Assembly: GCF_011386835.1 (NCBI RefSeq)
Contig: NC_088798.1
Location: 11,408,001-11,472,000 of the forward strand
Direction: 5' to 3'
Length of the DNA: 64,000 nucleotides
Origin: Chrysemys picta bellii
Taxonomy: Eukaryota
Shown piece by piece: positions 13,717-25,790 of the stretch. Below the pieces are notes generated by a model that was given only the letters and a program-made list of their open reading frames with translations, ran no database searches and was not told the DNA's origin. Made by a program: the position numbers and the translations under genes. How positions within the stretch are numbered: the first letter of the stretch is position 1; every line of letters begins with the position of its first letter.

Positions 13717-15028
13717 CTACAAATATACGGAGAGATGTGTTTATGGTTTTGATGTGTAAGATTGTCTTTCTTCACAAAGCACCTTACAGCTGCTGGTAAA
13801 ACTGAATGATCTCATAAAATTGTACGATCAGTTTATATTACTTGCAACTACTGCATATCATTTCAAGTGGTACAGATGGAAGAAGTTGGGGATTTTTTTT
13901 TAAATGACTAAGGCAAAGTAATGTGTTCTGATTCCGGAGAAAATAAAATAAGCTTTGCTTCACTCAGGGACACTTTGAAATATTGTGGATCTAAATAAAC
14001 AAACAAACAAAAAACAATTCTGCCTTAGCAGTACAATGAAATAGGTGCTAGGGATAATTCATTTGCCACAAACACATGTCCTAATGATCAGTAAAATCTC
14101 CATCCCCTTCAATGGTTTCTCCATATTAATGGAATTGCATTGTGCATCTGCGTGCCAAAGCAGTCAAAAATTAAATAAATAGGCCCTTTATGGGCCACTA
14201 TTAATAGTTTTCGCTGCATAATCTCTTTATTCTGCATTTTGTACATTTCACTCTATGTGCATGAAGCTACTGTTTGGACATAGAAGATTTTCAACTCAGG
14301 GCCAGCAGCAGAAGATGACAAAACTGGTTTAATGATCACATATTTTTGAAGTACCATAACTTGTTTAAAATATTAAAATTTATATTCTTGGGGAAAAACA
14401 TGTTCAGCAATGCATTTGTCACTGCCTGTCTGGTCTGTCAGGCTATTCTGGATAGGAAGAATTGAGCACCTACAAACAGATTAGTAGAGGTGTATTTGAA
14501 GAGAAATCCCCTGGTGAATGTAATAACTTGTGCTTTTATTAATGGGACATCCCAGTTCAGTTCTTATAAAATATACTCAGTGTGAAATAAATATCTGTAA
14601 CTCTGGATATGTTAATCATAAAAAGTTCCCTAGTGTTTTAATTGGAAATACATGTTCTAATACAAATTCAAATAGAATGTACTCTGATACCAGTTAACAT
14701 GCTACACTGTTTCCATTTCCATACAGTACAATGCAGCACTTCATTCAGTTTCAGAAGCCAGTATTTTTATTCATACATGCAACATTACAATGTGCTTCTT
14801 AAGGTAGACTTGCAGTGTCTTATTGACAGTTTATCAACATATATTGGATATAAAATCTATGGAAGGACCCAAAGAAAATAAGGTAGGCTCCTATCAAAAT
14901 ACTACCACACTAACAAATTAATTTTTATCTTGAAATACCCATCCTTGAAGTTCCATAGGTTGTTTTATCTCCTATTTTGTTACAGAACTGACATTTTCTG
15001 CCCAGTGTCACGCTCATTTGTTACTGAC

Positions 15029-15169
15029 CTGCTGAGAGAGCCGCCTGGTCCTGAGGAAGAATCCAAGAAGACATCCCACTATGACAGACAGTACTGACAG
15101 AATGAGCAAACCATTTCTTTTACAAACATCCTTGACCCGAGCCAGCATTGCATCAAAAGCCACTGCCAT
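15029..15169 (-). CDS. SLC1A7: Excitatory amino acid transporter 5, coding exon 1 (141 bp)
   Basis: Minus strand translates MAVAFDAMLARVKDVCKRNGLLILSVLSVIVGCLLGFFLRTRRLSQQ, then donor CAG|GTCAGT. Matches recalled EAAT5 N-terminus (RNGLLILSVLSVIVGCLLGFFLRTRRLS). Confidence 0.95.
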
Positions 15170-16470
15170 GCTGTCCTCAGTGCTCTTTGGAGAAGAATCA
15201 GCATCCCATGGAGAGAGACCTCACTAGCTTCCCTTGTTAGAATAGACAGCTCTAGCTCTGTATAGATCAGATCAAAGCACTTCCAGGACTGCTTAGCTGA
15301 CCTGCAAGGTCACCCCTCTGCCAATAGCCACGAAGCATGCAGCTGGCATTATTGTTCCAAATTAATACCAACAATCCTATTATTGACTACATCATTAAGA
15401 ACCTGGAAGAAGATTAAGGAGCTCTGGAAAATTAGAACAGAATGTAGTAGTATTCCTAAAACAAGAGTGAGTCAAAACAGAGTGACACCCACATGAATGA
15501 AAAATAATATTTTCATGCATTCCTCAACCCTTGCAGCATGGTCTCCTAACATCCAGGCCTAGAAAGGAAGTAGTGAAAGTTATGTATTTAAATGGACAGA
15601 AATTATGTTTTTCATACAGTACATATACTAAAGGGCAGGGCAGATAACACTTTGAACTGGACTATCATAACAGGGCAGGGCAGGTGAGACTGAACTTCAT
15701 TAACTAAAGCTGGTCTGGTTTATACTTTTAGTAAATGTGGTTAGCAAAAGGCTGGGCAAGTACAATAATAAACTGCATTAACAAACTGAATATTACTGGA
15801 GAAAAACATAAAAGGGGACTCTACAGTACTTTGCATTTTTTATCTTGGGAATGAAATGATTTCACTTTCCCCCCTTCCACTGTGTTGATTAGAGCAGGGG
15901 CCAACTTACTTCCAGAGGATTATCAGCCTAACCCACATGGATCTTTCCTTTCTTTTGGTATGTCTAATCATCCCATTCATTCAATTCAAACATAGATTTT
16001 TATGCTCTATAATGAATGTCTTGTAAAACTATACTATCACAACCATCCACTAAACTATAGCATACCATATTGTTAGTACAGTGTTTGGATCATAACTCTA
16101 GCATTCTGAAGTGTTTCTATAAACAATCTATAACACTGTACAGTATATTTGGGGGATTTATAAGATTATATTTAGCACTCATATTATAGATGAGCATACT
16201 CTATACATGATCACTGTAGAAAATCCCATGACAAAATTAATAATTATGTATTCAGTAGAAAGTTTGTATGGTAAATATGGCCTGGGGCCATACGCTGAAT
16301 GATGAGACCAAAAAGAAATACTGAATATAAATAAATAAACTATAAGTATAGTAATGAGCAGTGAGCAGCCTCCCTCCATCTAGTGCACTGAATGAGGCAA
16401 GATCCCCGGGGGAAAGTGTAATTATGTAATTAAAGACTGTATCACAAAGCATATGCACAAGAAGGCCAAA

Positions 16471-17693
16471 TTAAGGTTACACAAGCAACCTTAATTCTGG
16501 AGTAACCTAATTTTTGAGTGCTTGACTTTGCAATCTTAATATTCTTTTAACTTAGATTTTTTAAAATGTAATTTTTTATGTTTTTTTAAAAAAGCAAACA
16601 GAAAAAACACACAGAAATTCTACTGTGTGGAACCATATTGATCCTCACATGGGTCACTGAAGAGCTGGAACTTAGCTCCAAAGCACACACTTTTGTCACT
16701 TGAGCTAACAGTGCAATCAATAGCAGTAGCAGGTTGTTATCTGCGATGTGAGCCAGCAACTAGAAGGGGACGTGACACACACTTTAGCAGTGGGTTTTCA
16801 CAGTTATTTACCAGACAGAAGAGTAATGCTGAGACTCAGGACTCCTCGATTCATTTCAGGTTCTGGAAGAAAGTGTATCTAGTGGTTACAGACCCTTCTT
16901 TTCCTGTCCACCCACCCCTAGTATGTGTCATAACAGCCTTTCTCTTCCTCATCTCTGCCCTTGCCACTGCCTCTATCCCCCGCAAGCTTGTCTCTGCCCG
17001 TTCTGCCCCATCCTATTCCACCTCTGTCCTCCTTCCCACTGCCTGTCTCTACTCCCATCGCCCTATGGCATTCCAGATAGGCAGCTTCCTCCTTCTCCAT
17101 GCAGCCCCTGGGCACCATCAGCAGGATCACTGACAGCACAGAAAAGACAGTTTCCCTACTCTCAGTTCCTGCATCTGATGTTACAGCGACTCCTCAGTGC
17201 TTGGAGGAGCAAATGCAGAGAAAGTTGTGCGCAGACCAGGTTTTGAGCATGCCCAGTACAGACAATCATCTGAGAATTTAGCTGCCAAACTAATTAGTTT
17301 CTCCTGAGTATGTGCAAAATTCCATTATTTTTTTCCAGAGGCTTATAACTTGGCCAAATTTGGATGGATTTTTACAGGGATGGGAAAAAGGCCAATCCCC
17401 GACACAAGGGTGAATCCCCATGCCAAATTTCATGTCTCTGCTCTAAAGCCTGGAGGCACTAGAGCTCAATGAAACAGTTGTAATAATTTTTTAATATGGG
17501 CTAAAAATCCAAAATATTTCCCCCAATATCATTTTGGGAAATAGCTAAATCATTTTGCTGAAACATTAAAAAAATATTCAGCCTCAAGACAGACACCCGG
17601 CATAGAAAATTTCAGACCACATGATTAAAGTTTGGCAGAGTTATAAACAACTAAAACCAAGGTCTTATAATGGAAGATGTTGGGCAGCCTTAA
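16471..17693. mobile_element. Ancient DNA-transposon-like element bounded by TTAA-GG...CC-TTAA (Kolobok-like, tentative)
   Basis: TTAA|GGTTAC at 16471 and GCAGCC|TTAA at 17690-17693; the internal sequence is degenerate. Confidence 0.3.
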
Positions 17694-18771
17694 ATAGGCA
17701 TCATTACCTGCACCACCCATCATAAAGAAAGCTACAGGGCCTGATTTTCAGAGGTGTAGATAGCACCCACACTTTCCATTGTCTTCAACTGGATTTGTGG
17801 GTGCTTAACTCCTCAGAATATCATGTCCACATAGGCCATCGTCAAATGGTCTATGTGGAATCCAGGCTTCTCCCACTCATATTCCTGCCTGCCTACTCAC
17901 CGTCCCCATGTGGGCAGGGGACTAGCTGTCACATGGCAGCTGTTCTCTCCCCCATACTGTAACTTATGAGACTGATGGCATGTGCAGGGGAATAAGAAGG
18001 CCCTTTATACCCTCTAAATCACCTACCACATATCACAATTTGGTTCCATTATATATAGTTTGTTTGTTTTCCCTCTTTGTTTCCCCTTTGTTTTCCCTCT
18101 TTGTTTCATCCTCTAGGGTGAAATGCACCCCAGTGCAAAATTCTAGTACAAGACTTTCAAAATAGGGCTAATTTGGGATATAAGTAGTGCATGGGCCTTG
18201 TGCAGGTCCACTATAGAGAGGGGAATTTTATTCCTAGTGAGTAACAGTAATAAAACATATTAAGGACAACTGTATTTTAACTAGGTGCAGTTACCACCAT
18301 GGTCCCCCCCTACCCCCAGAAAAGTTGTTGCAGCAACATGAACTTTCATAAAGGTTTTTGGAAGAATGTTAGATGTTCTGAATATAACACCTGTAAAGGA
18401 GTTAATTTCTAGAGCCAGCACTACTCAGTTGTTGCTATCTATCAGTGTCATCTCTGCCTATAACCAGTAAATAAGAATTTGTTCTGATAATGCATTGATT
18501 ATGAGCCTGATTTTGAATTCCTTGTGCACTTAAAATTGTCACAGATTTCAACAATATTGATTGCACTGAGGTGGAGTTTCTCTGAAATCATTCTAAATGG
18601 TCTTTCTTCAGGTGGGAGAAGGTATTCTATCTCTTATGCTTGTGTAATTTAATTTAATATTTAATAAAATTTATTATTTTTCTACCTCATCTTACGCCAA
18701 ACACAAAAAAGATACTAGATTAAATTAATGTTTCAGCTCTACAAATGCAGAATTAGAACACAGATCTCTGA

Positions 18772-19345
18772 ATGAACATAAGAACAGCCATACTGGGTCA
18801 GACCAAAGGTTCATCTAGCCCATTAGCCTGTCTTCCGACGGTGGCCAATGCCAGGTGCTTCCCAGGGAATGAGCAGAACAGGTAATCATCAAGTGATCCA
18901 TCCCCTGTTGCCCATTTCCACCTTCTGGCAAACAAAGGCTAGAGATATTATCCTTGCCCATCCTGGCTAATAGACATTGATGGACCTATGCTCCATGAAT
19001 TTATCTAGTTCTTTTTTGAACCCTGTTATAGTCGTGGTTGACTGGGTGTTGTGTGAGGAAATACTTCCTTTTGCTTGTTTTAAACTTGCTGCCTATTCAT
19101 TTCATTTGGTGACCTCTAGTTCTTGTGTTGTGAGAAGGAGTGAATAACACTTCCTTATTTACTTTCTCCACACTAGTCATGATTTTATAGACCTCTATCA
19201 TATCCACCCTTAGTCATCTCTTTTCCAAGCTGAAAAGTCCCAGTTTGATTAATCGTTCTTCATATGGAAGCTGTTCCATACCCCTAATCATTTTTGTTGC
19301 CCCTTTCTGAACCTTTTCCAATTCCAGATGGGGTGACCACATCTG
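18772..19345 (-). mobile_element. CR1 3' fragment
   Basis: AACATAAGAAC tail, CR1 3' UTR and ORF2 C-terminal remnants. Confidence 0.88.
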
Positions 19346-19559
19346 CACGCTGTAATTTTAGCATCAAAGATGTTAAGAGATGGAAAAGGCCCATTACTAG
19401 CAGATCATCTTGCTCACATCCTTACCTATCGAGGATTACTCTTAATACTGTACCCTGTTGTGTCCAGTTACAATATTTCCTGTCAAACATACTTTAAGTT
19501 TGTCTTACTTTTCTGCTTAGGTATGCTCCAAATTAATGCATAGGATTGCAAATAAATCT

Positions 19560-19760
19560 TTGCTCTAGTCTCAATTCTGCTACTGACTCGTATGACTTTG
19601 GGCAGGTGACTTAATTGTGTAGTGCCTCGGTTTCCCCAAATATAAAATGACAGGATGATACTTCCCTACTTCGGAGGGGCAGAGTGAAAATTAGTTTATG
19701 AATGTTTGTACATCCTCGGATGGAAAGCCCCAGGGAGTGCAAGGTATTATTGTTGTTGTT
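19560..19760. mobile_element. MIR CORE-SINE (similar copies near 47450-47600, 56075-56300, 58795-58890)
   Basis: GACTTTGGGCAGGTGACTTAA...GCCTCGGTTTCCCCAAATATAAAATG core motif. Confidence 0.7.
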
Positions 19761-19940
19761 ACAAAGTAGTCTGTAGCTAACTTCATGTATCCTTGCTCTT
19801 ACTGCTTCAAAACTAAGCTGAAAGCTACTGAACACATTAGCCAATCCCCTGTAATGACTTGCCCTGAGTACCGGTTCAAGCTGTGATCATAGGGTGGCTT
19901 TGCTTTCAGAGCAAGAACGGTGCACAAGCACTGGCACAGT

Positions 19941-21074
19941 TTTAAAAATGTTATTAAGATGTTAAAAAATACTGAACAGAGTTTGAGCATAGAAGTTTTT
20001 GGTTATCAGGGAATAACATACAGATTAGCGAGGGTGCAAAATTTGGTTTAAGATCAGGTGGCATAAGGAATACATAATCTGCAATATCCCCGATTGGGGG
20101 TAAAAGGTTCATGGGTCAAAGTACAGGCATTGAGATATGAGGGTATGAAATTCATAGAGTGGCTATTTTCGGGTGTGGAGTATAATGAGTGGATATGATG
20201 ATGAGGATGGATTGACCCTCATTTGATGAGTTTTAATGTTCAGGAAGTTTATGGTTCCAGTTCATATGATCCAACGGAGAAGGTCACTTGGTCCCTTTCT
20301 CGTAGTGGGAGAATGATGTCACTCTGGCTCACGCCTCCTGGTACTGTCGGTGGCCGGTGATGTGCTCGATGTAGATGTCCCTGAACCATCGGATGGCGTC
20401 TGAGACCATGAGGCGCCGCATGAGCCGTGCGTAGCGATGACCGATCCCGCAGGTCCACAGCACACGCTTGTTGCAGGGGTCCCAGGCGCCCAGGGCTCCG
20501 ACAATCAGGACGTCCATCTGCACCTCGTAGCCCTTTGCTCTCAGGGTGTCAGCCAGGGGGGCGTACTTTTCCAGCTTACGAGCTCGGGCTTCGCGAAATG
20601 CCGGGATTCTGTTCTCAAAGGAGACTGTGACGTCGACGAGGATGATCTTTTTCTGGGCCTCGTCAGTGATGACCACGTCAGGTCGTAGCTGGCTGTCGGT
20701 ACCGGGGATGGTGCAGTTCACGGAGATCTCCCCCAGGCGTGGTGCAATGGCTTTCCCCAGGCGGCTCTGGATGACGTTGTGGTGCAGCTGCCAGGCTCTG
20801 GAGTGAGGTTTGCAGCTGCACAGGACGTGGAGCAGGGTCTTGTTGGAATAGCCGCACTTCTGCAACGCTTGTCTCGGTTCCCATGGCGGACGGCTCCGTT
20901 GAGCGGGACGCAGTTGAGCCGGGCATGGTGGATGAACCGCCAGGCAGCAAAACGGGTGAAGCCGCCCCCGTCGAGGAAGTGGTTGCTGGCGTCCCACTTG
21001 CTGGTCAACTCAAAGGCTTTACTCTGGTCTGGTTTACGCTTCAGGGTTTCCACGTACAGCGAGTGGATGGTGGC
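19941..21074 (-). mobile_element. 5'-truncated RLE-type non-LTR retrotransposon (NeSL/Utopia-like)
   Basis: ORFs 20718-21053 and 20329-20997, joined across a 1-nt frameshift near 20860, encode a CCHC knuckle (C-x-KCGYSNKTLLHVLCSC) and a PD-(D/E)xK restriction-like endonuclease (RPDVV...LVDVTVSFE...ARKLEKY), followed by a 3' UTR. Confidence 0.88.
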
Positions 21075-21229
21075 CCGTACCCCAGGCTTTTAAACAGACC
21101 TAGCATCATACTGACTGTTAACCCTCACCTTAGTTTTACTTTCACTGCCGCCCATCAGCTACCCCACACTTCACTGACCAACCCGTCTTTGCACGGGGAG
21201 GCCACAAGCCACAGAGCTCGGCGAAGGGG

Positions 21230-21900
21230 CAGCGTGTTGCACGCACAGTGCTAGAGGCAAGGGGAGGCAGCAGCCCCCTACAGCAGGGGGCAGATTACAC
21301 CGGGCTCAGCCCCCACAGGGCGGATGAAAGTCCGGTCACAGCCGGGGGTAGGAGCCCCGCTCCCTGCACAGGAAGGCGGCGGGACCCCCCAGGAGGGGGT
21401 GTAAAGCTCCCTGCACAGCGCAGATCTCCTCAGAGAGGGGTTCAGCCCGCCCGGGCGCGAGGGCGCCACACAGAGGAGGATGAATCCCCGCCCCAGGGCG
21501 GCCTTTGCCCTCCGGGAACGGCGGGTGCGGGCAGGCGCTGCGGCCCGGAAGCCGGCTACTGAGCACCGGGGAAGAGGGAGCGGGCGGCGTCGCAGTGACT
21601 GAGGCTCGGCTTGGAGATCATGGCGACCCGGCGGCTGCTGCTCTCCCCTGCCTCCTGCCTGAGGCGGACTAAGGCCCTGGGCGGTCCCGCGGCCCCCGGG
21701 CTGCGGAGGGGCTACAGCAGCGCCGACTCCTTCCAGTACCTGCACCGCAGCATCGTGCCCACCATGCACTTTCAGAAAAGCCTGCCCAGGTAAGGCGGCC
21801 GCTGCCCTCCCCGCCCCTGAGCCAGAGCGCGCGGCACCCCTCTGAACCGGGGCCCCCCGCAGCAGAGCTCCCCCCGGGACCCCCACCAGCTCCGAGATCC
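21230..21900. promoter_or_regulatory. CpG island / CPT2 promoter
   Basis: High GC and CpG density with GGGCGG boxes around the CPT2 ATG; bounds approximate. Confidence 0.85.
21620..21789 (+). CDS. CPT2: Carnitine palmitoyltransferase 2, exon 1 (mitochondrial presequence)
   Basis: gatcATGG strong Kozak; [57 protein letters not shown]; donor AG|GTAAGG; Arg-rich presequence with R-G-Y/S cleavage-like motif. Confidence 0.96.
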
Positions 21901-22312
21901 CCGCAGCAGAGCTCCCAGCCCCTCTCTGAGCCCCCCTGAGCCGGGGACCCCCGCAGCAGAGCTCCCCCCGGGGCCCCCACCACCTCCGAGATCCCCGCAG
22001 CAGAGCTCCCCCCGGGACCCCCACCACCTCCGAGATCCCCGCAGCAGAGCTCCCCCCGGGACCCCCACCACCTCCGAGATCCCCGCAGCAGAGCTCCTCC
22101 CGGGACCCCCACCAGCTCCGAGATCCCCGCAGCAGAGCTCCCAGCCCCTCTCTGAGCCCCCCTGAGCCGGGGACCCCCGCAGCAGAGCTCCCCCCGGGGC
22201 CCCCACCACCTCCGAGATCCCCGCAGCAGAGCTCCCCCCGGGGCCCCCACCACCTCCGAGATCCCCGCAGCAGAGCTCCCAGCCCCTCTCTGAGCCCCCC
22301 TGAGCTGGGGAC
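21855..22312 (+). repeat. Two-unit C-rich minisatellite in CPT2 intron 1
   Basis: 44-bp unit A and 50-bp unit B sharing CCCCGCAGCAGAGCT; order A B A A A A B A A B. Confidence 0.95.
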
Positions 22313-23820
22313 CCCTGCATCAGAACCCCCAGTTCCCCTTTGAGACCCATCACACACCAGAGCCTCTGGTCCTCCTTTCAGTCCCCCGGGGATCTCCACA
22401 CTAGAGACCTTGCCCCCTTCGGAGTGCCTCACCACCACCCTAGGGATCCCCACACTAGAGACCTTGCCCCCTTCTGAGCCCCTCACTGCTACCCCAGGGA
22501 CCCTGCACCACAGACACCTCCCCATCTTCCTTTGAGCCCCACAATCACCCTGGGTTCTTCCTCTGAGCCATCCTCTCCATCACCCTTAGAGCCACTCCAC
22601 TCTAGGACCCCCTACCCTACCCCTTTTGAGTCCCCCATACCGGTAAGGGAGCCCTAGGCATCCTTCTGAGCTCCCAGAAACTCCTCCCTCTCTGCTACTC
22701 CTCCATCCCCTGTGCTAAGAAAACCCCCATCTCCTTTCCCCTGCCCAGCTAAGGGAGCTCCTTTCTCCCATGATTGCTGGCATCTAATGCCCATTTTCTC
22801 CTTCTCCTTTGTCTAGGTCAGTCCTTTTCCCCTGGTAAGGGAGTCCCATGTCTCTACATTTCAGAAATGGTGACTGCTGGCTTTAAAGGCAGCAACATTC
22901 TTCCACATCAGAGAGGAAATGCACTCTGTACAAACAAACAAACAAACAAACAAAAAAACCCTGCTCCAATGCAGAGTAGGCAGCCCTGTGCTATGGGTGA
23001 CTAAATACACAGCTTAATTGCTGGGTCCAACTTTCTTATGGTGAACAACAGGTTTTATGGCTCATGGTGAAGCCTTAATAGCACACTACTAGATCAGGTC
23101 TGCTTTGGGAAACTACCAGTACACAGCAGGTGGTGGGGTCAACAGACCAGTCGATATGTATTGGTTTCAGATTGCTCGCTACACCCCTAATGAATGAGGT
23201 TTGGTATATGCTGAAAGTGCAGGACATGGAGAAGGGTACATTGTCTTTGGGATGGGATACAGTGTATTATGTAGGTGAAAGGTTATTGCTAACAGAGGGT
23301 TGTGACTTTGATCTTTGCTAGTAGTATTCAAGTGTATACTGCCAGTTTAAAAATTATAATCTAATTATAACCTTCTGTCTCAAATCTCTTATCTACCATT
23401 GTTTAAGTAACACATATGATTATTACAAAGGAAAGGGATTAGAGAAAACACCCCCCCCCCCATTTGTTTACTTTGTGCATTGGACAGCACTTCCTGTATA
23501 GTTAATTTCATTGTTTCATTATACTGTAGTTAGTTTCCCCATTTGTTTGTGTGGCTCTTTCACAGAGCAACAGGGGAGAAAGAAGCATTTAAAAAAAATA
23601 GAAATATGGCAGTAAAAACAACAAAAATCAAACTATGTATCAAGGTGAAAACAGCTTTCATGTTTAGGCTAAGATGAGCATTGGAAAGAAATTTGTTCGA
23701 ATTTCCAACAGGAATCAAAATACAGAAAACATTCTATGCCTAGCAGTATATAAAATTATGGAGGATCTGTGAGTTGGCTACTTGTAAAACAAGTTCCTGT
23801 TTTTCTGTCATGCTTACTTA

Positions 23821-24105
23821 GGCCAGGGCTACACTAGCGGGGGGGTTCGAACTAAGATACTTCGACTTCAGCCACGCGAATAGTGTAGCTGAAGTTGCGT
23901 ATCTTAGTTCGACTTACCTGGCCGTCCTCACGGCGGTGAGTCGACTGCTGCGGCTCCCCCGTCGACGCCGCTTCCTCCTCCTGCCGAGGTGGAGTACGGG
24001 CGTCGATTAGCGGATTGATTTATCGTGTCCAGACGAGACACGATAAATTGATCGCCGATACATCAAACACTACCCACCGATCCAGCGGATAGTATAGACG
24101 TACCC
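23821..24105. mobile_element. PIF/Harbinger-type MITE in CPT2 intron 1
   Basis: 15-bp TIRs GGCCAGGGCTACACT / AGTATAGACGTACCC; TTA TSD on both sides. Confidence 0.9.
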
Positions 24106-24216
24106 TTATAAAAAAAGCATAGGAATTAACTTACAAACAATATGGTATTTTAAGAATCTTTACTGTCAGAGCTTTAACAACAACATTTTAGTTTGCTTTT
24201 TTTTCTTTCCCCTCAG

Positions 24217-24297
24217 GTTGCCAATTCCCAAACTAGAAGATACTGTTAGGAGGTATTTGAATGCCCAAAAGCCTCTCTTAGACGATGATCAATTCAG
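24217..24297 (+). CDS. CPT2: CPT2 exon 2 (81 bp)
   Basis: ttccccTCAG|(R)[27 protein letters not shown]|GTATGG. Confidence 0.97.
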
Positions 24298-24441
24298 GTA
24301 TGGATACATAGAAAACCAAACAGTGCTTCAGTGTACATCAAATCTTTCACTCCAACTCCTACATATTAGAAGATGCATCTTTTTAAAAAAATGCCTGGAG
24401 ACAGCATTTTGATCGTCTGATTGATTGATTGATTGTTTTAG

Positions 24442-24548
24442 GAAAACTGAAGAACTTGGTCGCAGCTTTGAACATGGAATTGGAAGAGAATTGCATGAGC
24501 AGCTGGTTGCTCAAGACAAGCAGAACAAACATACTAGTTACATCTCAG
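24442..24548 (+). CDS. CPT2: CPT2 exon 3 (107 bp)
   Basis: TTTTAG|[35 protein letters not shown](G)|GTAGGA. Confidence 0.97.
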
Positions 24549-25790
24549 GTAGGAAGGTTTATAGTGGGATAAAGAAGAGACTCATTTTGAGGAGAGACTT
24601 GCTTGATGACAGTCAGCTCATAATGCTATGAATAATAGATTAAAGTTTAAGCTCCTTATTATTGTTTACACTCAGAACAAGATGTGAAAACTCCATTTGA
24701 CAATGTCTGAGCTAATTAGAAGACCGTCTCTGGTGGAAAAAAGAGGGCACTTCACAAAATGTTATCTTTAATATACCAAATACTTTAGGATCTCTTATTG
24801 TCACCTAACAGAAATATCAACCACAGCAAGATTTCCTCAAAGATGTTTTCATTTGGAAGAAAGTAACTTAAACCAGTACATTAGCAAATTATAGTGGTAA
24901 AAAAAAAAAAGTGTAGTATAGGAAGAACAATGGTGCTATCAAAATCAAAGATGGAGGGCCAGCCACAACACTCTTAGTATACAGATTTTTATTAAAGTGA
25001 GCAAAAGATTTGTGTCTGTCTATATAATCAGAACACATTGGTGAAAAGAACATTTGCTCAGTGATATACAGTATCATTTTGTACTGTGGTCCACTCTGAT
25101 AGAATGCTGTGTATGTTGTAGTGCCTCTGTGTAAGGGGAATTAGTTAAGGTTAATGTGGGATCCTTATATCAAAATATCCTTAAGTGTGGAGCATCTTGC
25201 TCAAGTGCAGGACATGTTGGTATCTGTGTAGGAAGATCTTGTGTCCTGGATGTTCTTTCCCCTGGTGGAGAAGAAAGATCCTGCTGCTATAGGAGGTTGA
25301 GGGATATTGGAAAAACAATAGTGAAAAATATTTACTGTTTATTTTTTAAAAGAGTAATTACAAATATAAATTCAAGTATATTCCCGTGTTTAGACTCCTC
25401 CATGCCTCTAAAGCTAGTAAACTAACCCAGGTCTAGTTACAGTCATGAATCTGTTTGAAAGTGCTTGATTGGAAAACTGAATTCTCAGAAAAGTTGGGCA
25501 AGATGACTGAACAGTGGGGGATGGAAGGAGACACTCCCCCAGCCTTAAAAAAATGCGGAGCATTATTCTTTTAAAGAACAAGAAAAGGAAAGACTCAGAA
25601 AGAGGAAGACCAGAATAAAGAAAAGGCGAGAGAGAACATAAGACAAAAAGAAGGAGATGAAATTCAGACAGAGAGAGAAAGAAAAGAGGGAAAGAAAAGC
25701 AAGAGAAAGCATGTAGCTTTTAGGTTAGTGAATTTTATTTATTTATTTATTCATGTTACTTCCAGTGGCTTTCAAATGTAAATGATTATA

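Noticed and set aside
19900-21120. U2 snRNA gene at the Utopia-like insertion site
   Set aside because: No U2 sequence beyond a 5-7 nt similarity on either flank.
21855-22312. Repeat-plus-variable-segment array resembling CRISPR
   Set aside because: Intervening segments are only two recurring types, not unique spacers; vertebrate intron; no cas genes.
21278-22525. 415-aa and about 194-aa minus-strand ORFs
   Set aside because: They are translations of the G-rich strand of the CPT2 intron 1 minisatellite and are repetitive, with no domain.
24298-24441. Frame-preserving retention of CPT2 intron 2 (144 nt) or CZIB intron 1 (93 nt)
   Set aside because: Both contain in-frame stops (24410-24412; 49947-49945).
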